This document shows positions 20,911 to 29,870 of a stretch of 64,000 bases of DNA, in pieces (within the stretch, counting starts at the first letter, position 1; each line of letters begins with the position of its first letter). The notes beneath the pieces are model-generated. The model had not been told where the DNA came from. It worked only from the letters and a program-made list of their open reading frames with translations, and did not search any database. Origin of the DNA: a virus; the IMG/VR virus record IMGVR_UViG_3300010413_002638, positions 1 through 64,000 of that record; one strand, written 5' to 3'. A program made the translations under genes and the position numbers.

Positions 20911-20990
20911 GCTTTGTACTCCGATAGCAGTAGAGGTGAATATGGAAAGACCATAATATCTTTGGCTATTCCATATAAAGAATTGGTAAT

Positions 20991-21626
20991 CTAGGTGATG
21001 ATAGTGTCGTCAGCGGCTACGAGTTCGATAGGGTGCCGCCAACGAAAAAGCTTGCCCAGAATGGGCTGAGGTTTGCCAAGAGATACATCACCAATAAGAA
21101 TACTCAGATCTTCTTCATAAATAAATGCCATCTGAGTAAGGCATCTGTCGTCTACCGGAATCTGCCATCCAACAATATGAATCACCTGCGTCGGACCGCC
21201 CTGTTCCATTGCTGTCCGACGGCGATAAAAGAATCGCCATCCAGGAAACAGCTCGCGAACAAAAACCACCTTTCCCGGTTTGGTCAATAGACAGAATTGC
21301 CGCAACTTTTCGCGAGATATTTCTTCACTTGATCGTTCTTTGTCGTCTTGGTATTGTCCGAAGCTCGAGCCGTCTTCATATACAGCCGACCAAGTCAATT
21401 TACCCTTATACATAGCATTGGTTGCCCCAGGAATAGGACTAGGAGTGAAGGTGGTGGTTCCTAGACTGCCGAAATCCAGATCAACCGGATGTTCAATCAC
21501 GTCATTGCCAACAACATTTGATTTCACACAATTAGATGGAAGACATTGAGATCTGAATTTCTCCACATCTTCCGGAGAGGATTTTATCTTACCAATCCAA
21601 TTGGTGACAAAGACTTTCCTCGGCAT
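20991..21626 (-). CDS. Hypothetical protein
   Basis: Long ORF in the operon. Confidence 0.7.
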   Translation of the reverse strand: MPRKVFVTNWIGKIKSSPEDVEKFRSQCLPSNCVKSNVVGNDVIEHPVDLDFGSLGTTTFTPSPIPGATNAMYKGKLTWSAVYEDGSSFGQYQDDKERSSEEISREKLRQFCLLTKPGKVVFVRELFPGWRFFYRRRTAMEQGGPTQVIHIVGWQIPVDDRCLTQMAFIYEEDLSILIGDVSLGKPQPILGKLFRWRHPIELVAADDTIIT

Positions 21627-21629
21627 TTC

Positions 21630-22181
21630 TCATGATTCATCGTAAAGCCAAGTGAACGTCTCCTGGTTAGTCACACCAGGACTCGCGTTTGTAGCTACTG
21701 TCAGTTGGTACACGACATAATTACCAAAATCAGTGTTAGAGGAACTAGTAGAACCAGTTACACTCATTGGGCTGCCGACCGTGTAACTGGTAAAGTTCAC
21801 AGGAGCACCAGTAAGACCGGTGTGATTGGTTGTGTTTAATACTGTTCCTGTGACGCCTTGAGTACCAGTAGCTTGTCTGTATGAACTAGCCTGAGCTACA
21901 TTGCAACCAACACCGGTCCCCCATCCAGCAGCTCCATCTCCGTACCAACGAATATTATTGATGGTGCCAGATGGGCCAGTAGCACCTGTGGCTAATCTTG
22001 TGGATACCCAATAGCTATAGTTTGTGCCAGAAGGAGGAATTTTGATGGGATTGGTACTACTAGATGCTACTGCTTGATGTTGGTCTACGGCATTGGCGAC
22101 GGTATTGGCGCTGGTGATGATGGTCCCAGAAGTGGACCCAGAGGCACCGACCCATCTTTTGATATTGACAGTAGCAGCCAT
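21630..22181 (-). CDS. Ser/Thr/Gly-rich putative virion structural protein
   Basis: Composition, GGAG SD, and upstream CAAAGATATAAATA. Confidence 0.65.
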   Translation of the reverse strand: MAATVNIKRWVGASGSTSGTIITSANTVANAVDQHQAVASSSTNPIKIPPSGTNYSYWVSTRLATGATGPSGTINNIRWYGDGAAGWGTGVGCNVAQASSYRQATGTQGVTGTVLNTTNHTGLTGAPVNFTSYTVGSPMSVTGSTSSSNTDFGNYVVYQLTVATNASPGVTNQETFTWLYDES

Positions 22182-22200
22182 TCTCTTCTCCGGACATTAC

Positions 22201-22214
22201 TATTTATATCTTTG
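22201..22214 (-). promoter_or_regulatory. Putative late promoter (CAAAGATATAAATA; contains the T4-late-like TATAAATA)
   Basis: Motif lies just downstream of a terminator and upstream of the fibre/GT/neck operon. Confidence 0.5.
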
Positions 22215-22233
22215 CCACTTTATGTCCGGATAC

Positions 22234-22267
22234 AAAAACAGCCCACATTTTCATATGGGCTGCTTTT
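22234..22267 (-). terminator. Rho-independent terminator
   Basis: CAGCCCA...TGGGCTG stem followed by TTTTT on the minus strand. Confidence 0.75.
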
Positions 22268-22313
22268 GGCGGTTGTCCGACTGAAATTAGTCGGATTGGT
22301 TGATTTGTCTGGT

Positions 22314-22712
22314 TTACAGATCCGGCGTCAGTGCCTGAGCACCGGCGTGCAGATCGCCAGTCAAACCAGCGGTCGTGTTCGTGATGAACTTGTCGTGACC
22401 GATCTGGAAGGCAAAGTCCACCGCCGTCAGATTCGTCTGAGCGTTGGCGAACGACACCTGATCCTTCAAACCGACCACAATCGGGAAACCACGTGTGGCA
22501 TTGTGCCGGGCCTCGCCCATGTACGGGCTCAGATCGACAGTCGTGGTATCTCGTGACTTCACCTCCACCAAGATCTCATCCGCAGGAATGCTCATGACCA
22601 GCGGACGAAGTCGCTTGATGAGGGCTGCTACCGACTCATGCCGGTGTGCTTGTCGGAACGATCGGATGTTCCGAAACACCTGGATGTCGGTGTTTGCTGG
22701 TTGTGCAGCCAT
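22314..22712 (-). CDS. Hypothetical protein (probably highly expressed)
   Basis: Has its own promoter motif, SD and terminator. C-ending codon bias resembles the sheath gene. Confidence 0.7.
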   Translation of the reverse strand: MAAQPANTDIQVFRNIRSFRQAHRHESVAALIKRLRPLVMSIPADEILVEVKSRDTTTVDLSPYMGEARHNATRGFPIVVGLKDQVSFANAQTNLTAVDFAFQIGHDKFITNTTAGLTGDLHAGAQALTPDL

Positions 22713-22795
22713 GAGCTTCGTCTCCAGGACTAGTGATTGGAAGATTGTCCAAACTACAAATTATATTTGCTGAAGACTACACTCTCTAGAGAGCA

Positions 22796-23245
22796 CTACC
22801 CACAACAACGACGAGCCCGCAAGCGGGGGTAAGGAGGAAGAATCTTATGGACTACTCGGCACCGCTTCCGAGGCTCGCAACAAGGATCGCAAGGATCACA
22901 TTTTGGCTCGCAGCACTTCTGGACCGGCTTGCAGCACTTCTGAACCGGCTTGCAGCACTTCTGAACCGGCTCACAGCACTTCTGAACCGGCTCACAGCAC
23001 TTCGGCTCGCACTTCGGTTCGCAGCAAGGATCACAACACCGCCGCACCAATACGCTCCGCAAAAAATCGCGAATTGGCGTACAACGTTGCGGACAACACT
23101 GCCCACAACACTCGACGCTCACTTCCACTTTCGCCTCAGGGGCCTGTCCCTCGGACGCTTTCGCCTCGGTCGGTTCCTGAGCAAAGGACACACTAGCCAA
23201 TACCATACCACAAACAAAAACCAAAATCAAACACACGTACTTCAT
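22796..23245 (-). CDS. Secreted Cys-rich repeat protein
   Basis: Signal peptide ending in SFA-Q, CC(E/K)PVQK repeats, GGAGG SD. Confidence 0.75.
   Translation of the reverse strand: MKYVCLILVFVCGMVLASVSFAQEPTEAKASEGQAPEAKVEVSVECCGQCCPQRCTPIRDFLRSVLVRRCCDPCCEPKCEPKCCEPVQKCCEPVQKCCKPVQKCCKPVQKCCEPKCDPCDPCCEPRKRCRVVHKILPPYPRLRARRCCG
22910..23003. repeat. 21-bp tandem repeat (about 4.5 copies) encoding CC(E/K)PVQK
   Basis: Unit gcagcacttctgaaccggctt with few variants. Confidence 0.9.
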
Positions 23246-23270
23246 AATAGAAGTCCTCCATTAGAAAAAT

Positions 23271-24254
23271 CTACACGGCCTCCCAACGGGCCAAATCGGC
23301 ATCAATCATTTCCGAGACTAATCCCTCAAACGAAATCGCTGGCTTCCATCCCAAATCATTACTTGCCTTTGAGAAATCAGCACAAAGAATCTCCACATCT
23401 GCTGGCCGACAAAACTGAGGGTCAACCCGAACATGGTCCCGGTAATCCAACCCAGCTCTCTCGAAAGCAGCAGTTACGAAGTCCAGAATACTGTGAGAAA
23501 CACCAGTGCCAATAACGTAGTCCTCAGGAGTATTCTGTTGCAGCATCAGCCACATTGCCCTGACATAATCCTTGGCATGCCCCCAGTCCCGCTTGGCCTG
23601 CAAATTACCCAAGTACAAGAAATCCTGGTGCCCGAATTTAATCTTTGCCACCCCATCGGTAATCTTGCGGGTGACGAATTCTAGCCCGCGACGCGGTGAT
23701 TCATGATTAAATAGAATCCCCGACACACAGAACATATTGTAGCTCTGCCGGTAATTTACCGTAATATAGTGGCCATAGACCTTAGCAACACCATAGGGAC
23801 TGCGTGGTCGGAAAGGAGTAGTCTCGTCTTGTGGCGACTTTAGCACCTCTCCAAACATCTCCGAAGATGACGCCTGATAAAAACGAATAGATCTATCAAC
23901 CGCTCTAATGGCTTCCAATATCCTCGTCACACCGAGAGCCGTAACATCCGCTGTCGAGACCGGCACCTCCCAGCTAGCATGCACAAACGACTGAGCCGCC
24001 AAATTATACACTTCCTTCGGTTTTATCAACTCAATCAGACGTGTCAGCGAAGCTTGGTCAGTCAAATCCGATACATGCAAAGTAATCCGGTCCAACAAAT
24101 GTTGAATGCGTGAAATATTCGGCGTACTAGCACGCCGAATTACACCATGGACATCGTAGTTCTTTTCCAACAGCAACTCCGCCAGATAAGAACCATCTTG
24201 ACCAGTGATGCCAGTAATCAACGCACGTTTCTTCTCGTCCATATTCATCTCCAT
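23271..24254 (-). CDS. gmd: GDP-mannose 4,6-dehydratase
   Basis: ALITGITGQDGSYLAE, QASSSEMFG, PRSPYGVAK, FNHESPRRG and RDWGHA motifs. Confidence 0.97.
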   Translation of the reverse strand: MEMNMDEKKRALITGITGQDGSYLAELLLEKNYDVHGVIRRASTPNISRIQHLLDRITLHVSDLTDQASLTRLIELIKPKEVYNLAAQSFVHASWEVPVSTADVTALGVTRILEAIRAVDRSIRFYQASSSEMFGEVLKSPQDETTPFRPRSPYGVAKVYGHYITVNYRQSYNMFCVSGILFNHESPRRGLEFVTRKITDGVAKIKFGHQDFLYLGNLQAKRDWGHAKDYVRAMWLMLQQNTPEDYVIGTGVSHSILDFVTAAFERAGLDYRDHVRVDPQFCRPADVEILCADFSKASNDLGWKPAISFEGLVSEMIDADLARWEAV

Positions 24255-24271
24255 GGACGTTATTTACTAGA

Positions 24272-24592
24272 TCATGCCCGGCGAGAAAAGGTACGCAGAT
24301 TTTTCTCCCAGTTCAACAACATCTCACGGAAATCAAATTGGCGTGATCCGGTCGAAGGTTGAACCTTATACTGTACCTTGGGCATAGTACGTTTCAGACG
24401 ATAAAGCCTCAAAGGGCCATTATCGAAGGAGTGATAAATGAAAATGTCTTTGTGCAGCACCACTGGAACCACAATGTACTGCGGATCGTCGATATGACGA
24501 GTAGAATCCAACACGCCTCTACCAGCTAATACAGCAGTACTCTCGTTCAATTCCTTGAATGCCAAGAAAGTAATTATTGGGCTTTTAGACAT
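24272..24592 (-). CDS. Hypothetical protein
   Basis: ORF overlapping the upstream gene. Confidence 0.6.
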   Translation of the reverse strand: MSKSPIITFLAFKELNESTAVLAGRGVLDSTRHIDDPQYIVVPVVLHKDIFIYHSFDNGPLRLYRLKRTMPKVQYKVQPSTGSRQFDFREMLLNWEKNLRTFSRRA

Positions 24593-25436
24593 CTTCTGTT
24601 ATAGTATCTGCTATTTTATTGAGCACTTGCTCGATCATCGTATCCGCTGTACTCATGAACTCATCATAGGTCTGAAAGAGACCACTAGGAATCCATTCAG
24701 TGACCGTCTTTATCCGATTATCACGCCGGAAAGCTCTACCAAGCCCCGCTTGAACCAGCGCTTCTCGTACTTGAAGTAAATTGTTGCCAACAGCTGCTTC
24801 TATGCTGGGGATGTATTCAGTATATGACATTCCTCCACGAATACCCAGCTGCGGAATAGTCTTATCTGCTTCCTTTCGCAACACATAAACTGCCCTATCT
24901 CTTTGCCCTCCCGCCAAACTAATCGGCGTCGGCATAATAGCAACAAAGTCCTGGGCAGGATCGTCATACATCATATAGTTATAACTGGCGTTCTTGAAGA
25001 CCGTCCTAATATCGTCCGGGACAGGAAAGAGTTCATTTTCCATTTCGCTGAAACGGGCAGCATATTCCTGCACCCACTCAGGAGCATCTTCCAAAGACGG
25101 CCTACGACGACCGCCTGTTCCGGTAGTGGGCGGTCTTCGACGACGATTTTCGCCATTGGATTTAATTTGCTGCAACAACTGTTGTAGCAATTGACCGTGC
25201 TCGGGGTCCTTGCTCACCATGTTGTACAATTGTTGCTGGATCGTATTTGGGGCAAGTTGACCACGTTCTATGTCAAGCCAAGCTTGTAACGGGTCAGTCA
25301 CACTAGCATCAAGAATATATTGCGTTCCATTGAGATTCGCGGCGAGCGTGGTCTGTCCATACTCATCGACGACCGACACATTCGCCTCGGCCAACATCAT
25401 TTTGATGGCGATTTTGAATTGTTCCGAGATCAGCAT
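24585..25436 (-). CDS. Hypothetical protein (possible internal head protein)
   Basis: AAGGAG SD and N-terminal LISE/LAE motifs. Confidence 0.7.
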   Translation of the reverse strand: MLISEQFKIAIKMMLAEANVSVVDEYGQTTLAANLNGTQYILDASVTDPLQAWLDIERGQLAPNTIQQQLYNMVSKDPEHGQLLQQLLQQIKSNGENRRRRPPTTGTGGRRRPSLEDAPEWVQEYAARFSEMENELFPVPDDIRTVFKNASYNYMMYDDPAQDFVAIMPTPISLAGGQRDRAVYVLRKEADKTIPQLGIRGGMSYTEYIPSIEAAVGNNLLQVREALVQAGLGRAFRRDNRIKTVTEWIPSGLFQTYDEFMSTADTMIEQVLNKIADTITEDV

Positions 25437-25482
25437 GATTAGCTCCTTGGATGATACGGTAAATTTGCCAAGGAGTAATTTC

Positions 25483-27600
25483 TTACTGCAGGCTTACCTC
25501 GCCGTCGATAGCTCGCTTGAGGTAGTCGATAGAAATGATCTTCACGCCGTATTCATCGGCCTTTTTTGTCTTATTGGACGCGCTCATCGGGTCTTTCTGC
25601 ACAAGGTAACTCAACCCCTTTGAAACACCACTCTTGAGCGTCCCGCCCAATTCCTCAATTTCATCCTGAAAGGCTCGCGTTCCCGTCAGGCAGAAGGAGA
25701 GGCCCGAGAAAGGCTTTTCTTTGCCTTCCTCTGGCGTTTCGGCGGCTACGGGGCTCGGAGCCGGTTGACCAGCTTGAACGCCCTTCCGAATCATTTCCTG
25801 AATCAGAGAACGGTTCTCGTTGATACCAGCCCTAATCGCATCCCGGATCGTATCGCCCAGACCGGGGATCTGAATGGTAGCCAGTTTTTGGTCATCCAAC
25901 CAATCAGCCAACGTATCCAACTGACCCTTGGCACCCTTCTGCAAAATCTGGACACGGCGACGACCCAAAAGATCAATACCCAACGAGCCCAAGAACGTAT
26001 GCAACGGCAGATTCTTCTTGGACTGGATATTATTGACGATTTCCGTGGCCCGCGAGGTTCCAATGCGGACCCCGCCGTCCAGCACCACATTCTCCATTTG
26101 GGTAACCGTCAACATGTACAGGTCAGAAGCATCGTTGATGATACCATTATCCCACAACGCCTTAAGAATCGTGTCGCCCAGACCAAGAATTCCTACGCCC
26201 TTCTTCGAACCGCCCACCCAATGTGAAATCTTGGCGAACTTAGCAGCCGGGCAAGAATCAGGACTCGAACAATAAGTCACCGCACCCTTCTTGCCACGAT
26301 AGTTGCGAGTGGTCGGTTCACCGCAAGACGGACAGCGTGCGGGCTCCGCGATAGGTGCGCGTTGCGCACCCTTGTTCACGCGACGAATCACCTTGGGAAT
26401 AATATCGCCAGCCAGGACGACTTCGACTTCATCACCAACCGCAACCTTCAACCGTGCAATTTCGTCCCAGTTATTCAAGAGGGCGTGCGTCACATTCACA
26501 CCGCCAATCCGCACTTCCTCGAAAACAGCCGTCGGGATCACGGCCCCGGTATGTCCTACCGTCAATAACACGTCTTTGATCGTCGTCGTGTTGCTCTTGT
26601 GCGGGAATTTGATAGCTCGAGCGTACTTGGGACGTAGCCGTGTCTTGATGTCGTCCGTCACAAAGACACTCTGGTCAGCCAGCGAGTTCAAACAGACTAC
26701 CACACCATCAATCTCGAAAGGCAGTTCGTCACGACCAGCGGCAACTGTATCGTAGAATTCTTGTACTTCTTCGACGTTCTTACACGGCTTGTAGGGCACC
26801 GGCTGGAAGCCCAAATTGCGAAGCGAGACAAATTTGTTTTGCTCGGTGTCAAATTCCAAACTTTCGTGGCCGTCCCAGAACTCGACATTGAATACGATAA
26901 AACGAATTAAGTCGGAATCCTTGCCATCATCACGACCGAGCAGGCCGTTCCCGACATTCCGAGGATTGCTGATTTGCTTGGTGTCAATCTGATCGAAAGG
27001 AACGCCGAATTCTCGCTCGCAAATTGCCTGAAAATCGGCCTTAGGGAGGATAGCTTCTCCGCGAACACTCAGACTAACCGGCTTCGGCAAAGTCATAGGC
27101 AAGTGTCGGAAAGCGGCAGCGTTGACGGTAATATCCTCACCGATCTCACCGTTGCCTCGAGTGGCTACCCGGACCAACTTGCCGTCCACGTAATCGGCCA
27201 GAATTGAGCCACCATCGACTTTCAGGGAGGCCATCACGACCGGCTGGGAACCGAGCTTCTCGCAAATCGCCTGATACCATGGCTCGTAGCCGAGGATTCC
27301 ATCGTCGGTATTGTCCAACGAACCCATCGGAATGCGGTGGGTTACTTTATTGCGGAGTTCGTCGGCATTATAGGGAGAGCCAACCCTGGTAATGCGGAGA
27401 TCGCTTGGGTCGAGTTCCTTGAGAGCCGGTCGCAGAAGATCGTACTCGGCATCCGTGAGGATAGGTTCAAGACCAGGGCGATAATAGGCTGTGTCAGCCT
27501 TGTCGATGAGTTGGCGGAGTTCGTCAACATCCAGGGAGCCGATGCTTTCGGCGAAACCGTCCTGGCGTGCGGTCTTGATAATGTCTTGAACTGATCGCAT
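25483..27600 (-). CDS. ligA: NAD-dependent DNA ligase
   Basis: DAEYD, HRIPMGSL, KVDG, TRGNG..GEDIT, RGE, NPRN, IDGVV, a Zn finger and a BRCT domain. Confidence 0.97.
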   Translation of the reverse strand: MRSVQDIIKTARQDGFAESIGSLDVDELRQLIDKADTAYYRPGLEPILTDAEYDLLRPALKELDPSDLRITRVGSPYNADELRNKVTHRIPMGSLDNTDDGILGYEPWYQAICEKLGSQPVVMASLKVDGGSILADYVDGKLVRVATRGNGEIGEDITVNAAAFRHLPMTLPKPVSLSVRGEAILPKADFQAICEREFGVPFDQIDTKQISNPRNVGNGLLGRDDGKDSDLIRFIVFNVEFWDGHESLEFDTEQNKFVSLRNLGFQPVPYKPCKNVEEVQEFYDTVAAGRDELPFEIDGVVVCLNSLADQSVFVTDDIKTRLRPKYARAIKFPHKSNTTTIKDVLLTVGHTGAVIPTAVFEEVRIGGVNVTHALLNNWDEIARLKVAVGDEVEVVLAGDIIPKVIRRVNKGAQRAPIAEPARCPSCGEPTTRNYRGKKGAVTYCSSPDSCPAAKFAKISHWVGGSKKGVGILGLGDTILKALWDNGIINDASDLYMLTVTQMENVVLDGGVRIGTSRATEIVNNIQSKKNLPLHTFLGSLGIDLLGRRRVQILQKGAKGQLDTLADWLDDQKLATIQIPGLGDTIRDAIRAGINENRSLIQEMIRKGVQAGQPAPSPVAAETPEEGKEKPFSGLSFCLTGTRAFQDEIEELGGTLKSGVSKGLSYLVQKDPMSASNKTKKADEYGVKIISIDYLKRAIDGEVSLQ

Positions 27601-27674
27601 TGAGGTCCCCTTTGATGCTTAGTACCTGTCGGTAAAATACTTTCCGACATACTGTTGCAAAAGGGGATTCGGCG

Positions 27675-29024
27675 TTAATATCCGTATTCGTCGTAGTCGT
27701 CGTCGTAATCGTCCCTGAACTCGTTATAATCCTCGGCGTCAAATAAGTCCTCGCCAGTATGCTCTTCGAGCTGATCCATCAACTCCATCATGGCCTGTTT
27801 TGCCTCAGCCGGGTCCGCCCCTCGGTGAACTGCCTCGATAGCTTGCGACAGTAATTTATGGATATAATCGGGCTCTTGTCGAGCCAATTGTGCTACAATA
27901 GTCACCAGGTCATGCCCCTTGGGCACGATAGACAAGAATGTGCGCCAAATCTGTGGCCCAATTTGAATCAACCAGGGTTCATCCTCCAGACGATCAGCCT
28001 CACCGTAAACCACATCTAACTCGCCCGGTGAAAGCCCCTCCAGCCCATGGTGCGAAAGCAATTCCATCACACCCTTCACTAACTCTTGTACTAGAACAGG
28101 AAAGTTGACAGCTTTGGCTACTACAACGGGCTCGTCATTCTCGTCGTACTGGACTCCGGACCAGCCCACAGCAGCACCTTTCAGGGCCAGTCTGGTGAGA
28201 TTCACAAAATCTATGATCCAATAGAAATGTGTTGATCCACTGGCGAACCTTTGATATAGTTGTAGCAACCGTGGTTCTATTTGGTCTAGATCGTCCTTGA
28301 CAATGTGATGGATTGTTGCCATGTTGTGCACGGCGGCACCCTGTGTCATGGCGTTCATGGTGATGCGTTTGTTGATTTGTGGTCGCAGCGTTTCTTTGTC
28401 GAATTGTGGAAGATCGACATCTTGGACCTCGTCGTCCGCCTCGCCTTCGTCTTGTGGCTCTGGCTGCGGGTTTGTGGTTAACATAGCCCGCAGCATCTCG
28501 GGTGGAACCTTCCATGCTTCACTGACAGCTTTCACAGCTAATTGTTCAAGTTGTCGTGCGTGGGGCTGTTCCAACCGCATCATGGCTTGTAATGCTTGCA
28601 TAGCAAATTGTGGGGCCATTTGCGTAGCTTGTTGAGGTGGCATATTCCGTAGTTCCGGAAAGACCTCGCGTAGTTTCTCCAGGCTCTGCATAAAAGACTT
28701 GTCGGCTGATTCATACCCGTACATCGCCATCAAGGGATGCTTACCATATGGGTGTTCGGAGCCGCGAATATTCTGCCAGAAATTAACAGTCGATGGATGG
28801 GCAGAAGTGCGGAAATCTTCGATTAATATGCTTGCTTTGGGCTGCGGTTGTTTGGCTGGCCGAGGCGGATTGAACGGCTTGAATTTGGGTCGTTCTTTTG
28901 GTTTAGATGGCGTGGTGCCGGGTTTCGGCGGAGCTGCCGGTGGAGCGATAACCGGCTTGCCTTCGAATATATCGGCATCTTCGGATATGAGGGACGCGAT
29001 TTTGCGGATAGACTTTTCGTCCAT
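27675..29024 (-). CDS. Hypothetical phage protein (possible head protein)
   Basis: GGGAG SD, Pro-rich N-terminus, and NFPVLVQELVKGVMELL segment. Confidence 0.75.
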   Translation of the reverse strand: MDEKSIRKIASLISEDADIFEGKPVIAPPAAPPKPGTTPSKPKERPKFKPFNPPRPAKQPQPKASILIEDFRTSAHPSTVNFWQNIRGSEHPYGKHPLMAMYGYESADKSFMQSLEKLREVFPELRNMPPQQATQMAPQFAMQALQAMMRLEQPHARQLEQLAVKAVSEAWKVPPEMLRAMLTTNPQPEPQDEGEADDEVQDVDLPQFDKETLRPQINKRITMNAMTQGAAVHNMATIHHIVKDDLDQIEPRLLQLYQRFASGSTHFYWIIDFVNLTRLALKGAAVGWSGVQYDENDEPVVVAKAVNFPVLVQELVKGVMELLSHHGLEGLSPGELDVVYGEADRLEDEPWLIQIGPQIWRTFLSIVPKGHDLVTIVAQLARQEPDYIHKLLSQAIEAVHRGADPAEAKQAMMELMDQLEEHTGEDLFDAEDYNEFRDDYDDDYDEYGY

Positions 29025-29056
29025 AGTTATTTCTCCCACACATATCTTTGATACAA

Positions 29057-29084
29057 CAAGAGCGGAGCAATTGCTCCGCTCTTG
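29057..29084. terminator. Perfect 28-bp palindrome, probable terminator of the tRNA-like RNA
   Basis: CAAGAGCGGAGCAATTGCTCCGCTCTTG. Confidence 0.65.
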
Positions 29085-29092
29085 AATAAGAA

Positions 29093-29207
29093 TGGCTGCC
29101 GAGCAGGATTTGCACCCCTGACCTCCGAGCTTTCGCCCGACGCTCTAGACTACCTCTAATGGGCATTGCCCACTAGCTGGCTCCCCGAGGGGCTGAGCTA
29201 CGGCAGG
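29093..29207 (-). ncRNA. tRNA-like structured RNA with an expanded D-loop and a GAAA loop in place of the anticodon
   Basis: Acceptor CTGCCG/CGGCAG-CCA, TA-GCTC..GAGC D stem, TCGGGC-GAAA-GCTCGG, AGGTC variable loop, and GG-TGCAAAT-CC T arm. Confidence 0.65.
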
Positions 29208-29252
29208 TAGTGGCCCAATAAAGAACCACCACACTTCCATTGTATAAATGTA

Positions 29253-29861
29253 TTACGCCGGGGGTTCGGGCTCAGGCGGAGTATCTTCGGTCGTAAACTC
29301 CGAAGTAACCGCTAGGCCCAAGGCACCGGGAGTAGCGGGCGGAATCGTATCCACCAGCGTCTCGGTGAGCGTGCTAGCCTCTTCAGATTTGTTCCCGGCA
29401 TCGTCGATATACACAAACGAAACCTGAACCTCAGCACCTTGTTCACCGGACAAGTCGATGACTTCCGTCTGTTCTTTGGTGGTTGGAATGATTTGTGGAT
29501 CACCACCACCGATGACAACCGTCACTTCACCGCCAACAATATCATTGGGCTCCGGAGGAAGTTCCGGCAATACGATCTTGAAACCTAACATGTTCGCCAT
29601 TTGCGACTCTCCTATAACTGTGATCTTCAGCGAACCTGGAGTGGGGACCGGGAAAAAACGTCTAAGAGTTTTATTTAGTTGTCCTATAGCTACAGTCAGA
29701 TCTCGAAGATGTTTATCCCGAGTGCTGGCCGAATCCATAACAGCAAAAATGACATCGCCCCGAAACTTATCCAACGTGGAATTCACCAGCGTTGTGGACT
29801 CGCGCAAGACACGAGTCAGTTCCGTAGTCAGAGCGTTGATTGCATCAGCTTCGCCAAACAT
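29253..29861 (-). CDS. Hypothetical protein with a C-terminal Ig/FN3-like domain
   Basis: YIDDAGNKSE...DTIPPATPG motif. Possible internal start at 29600. Confidence 0.65.
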   Translation of the reverse strand: MFGEADAINALTTELTRVLRESTTLVNSTLDKFRGDVIFAVMDSASTRDKHLRDLTVAIGQLNKTLRRFFPVPTPGSLKITVIGESQMANMLGFKIVLPELPPEPNDIVGGEVTVVIGGGDPQIIPTTKEQTEVIDLSGEQGAEVQVSFVYIDDAGNKSEEASTLTETLVDTIPPATPGALGLAVTSEFTTEDTPPEPEPPA

Positions 29862-29870
29862 GATTATCTA

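Noticed and set aside
22782-22793. 12-bp palindrome CTCTCTAGAGAG
   Set aside because: It is short and isolated, and could arise by chance.
29093-29207. Call as a canonical decoding tRNA
   Set aside because: There is no 7-nt anticodon loop, the D-loop is oversized and the acceptor end is irregular. Reported as a tRNA-like ncRNA instead.
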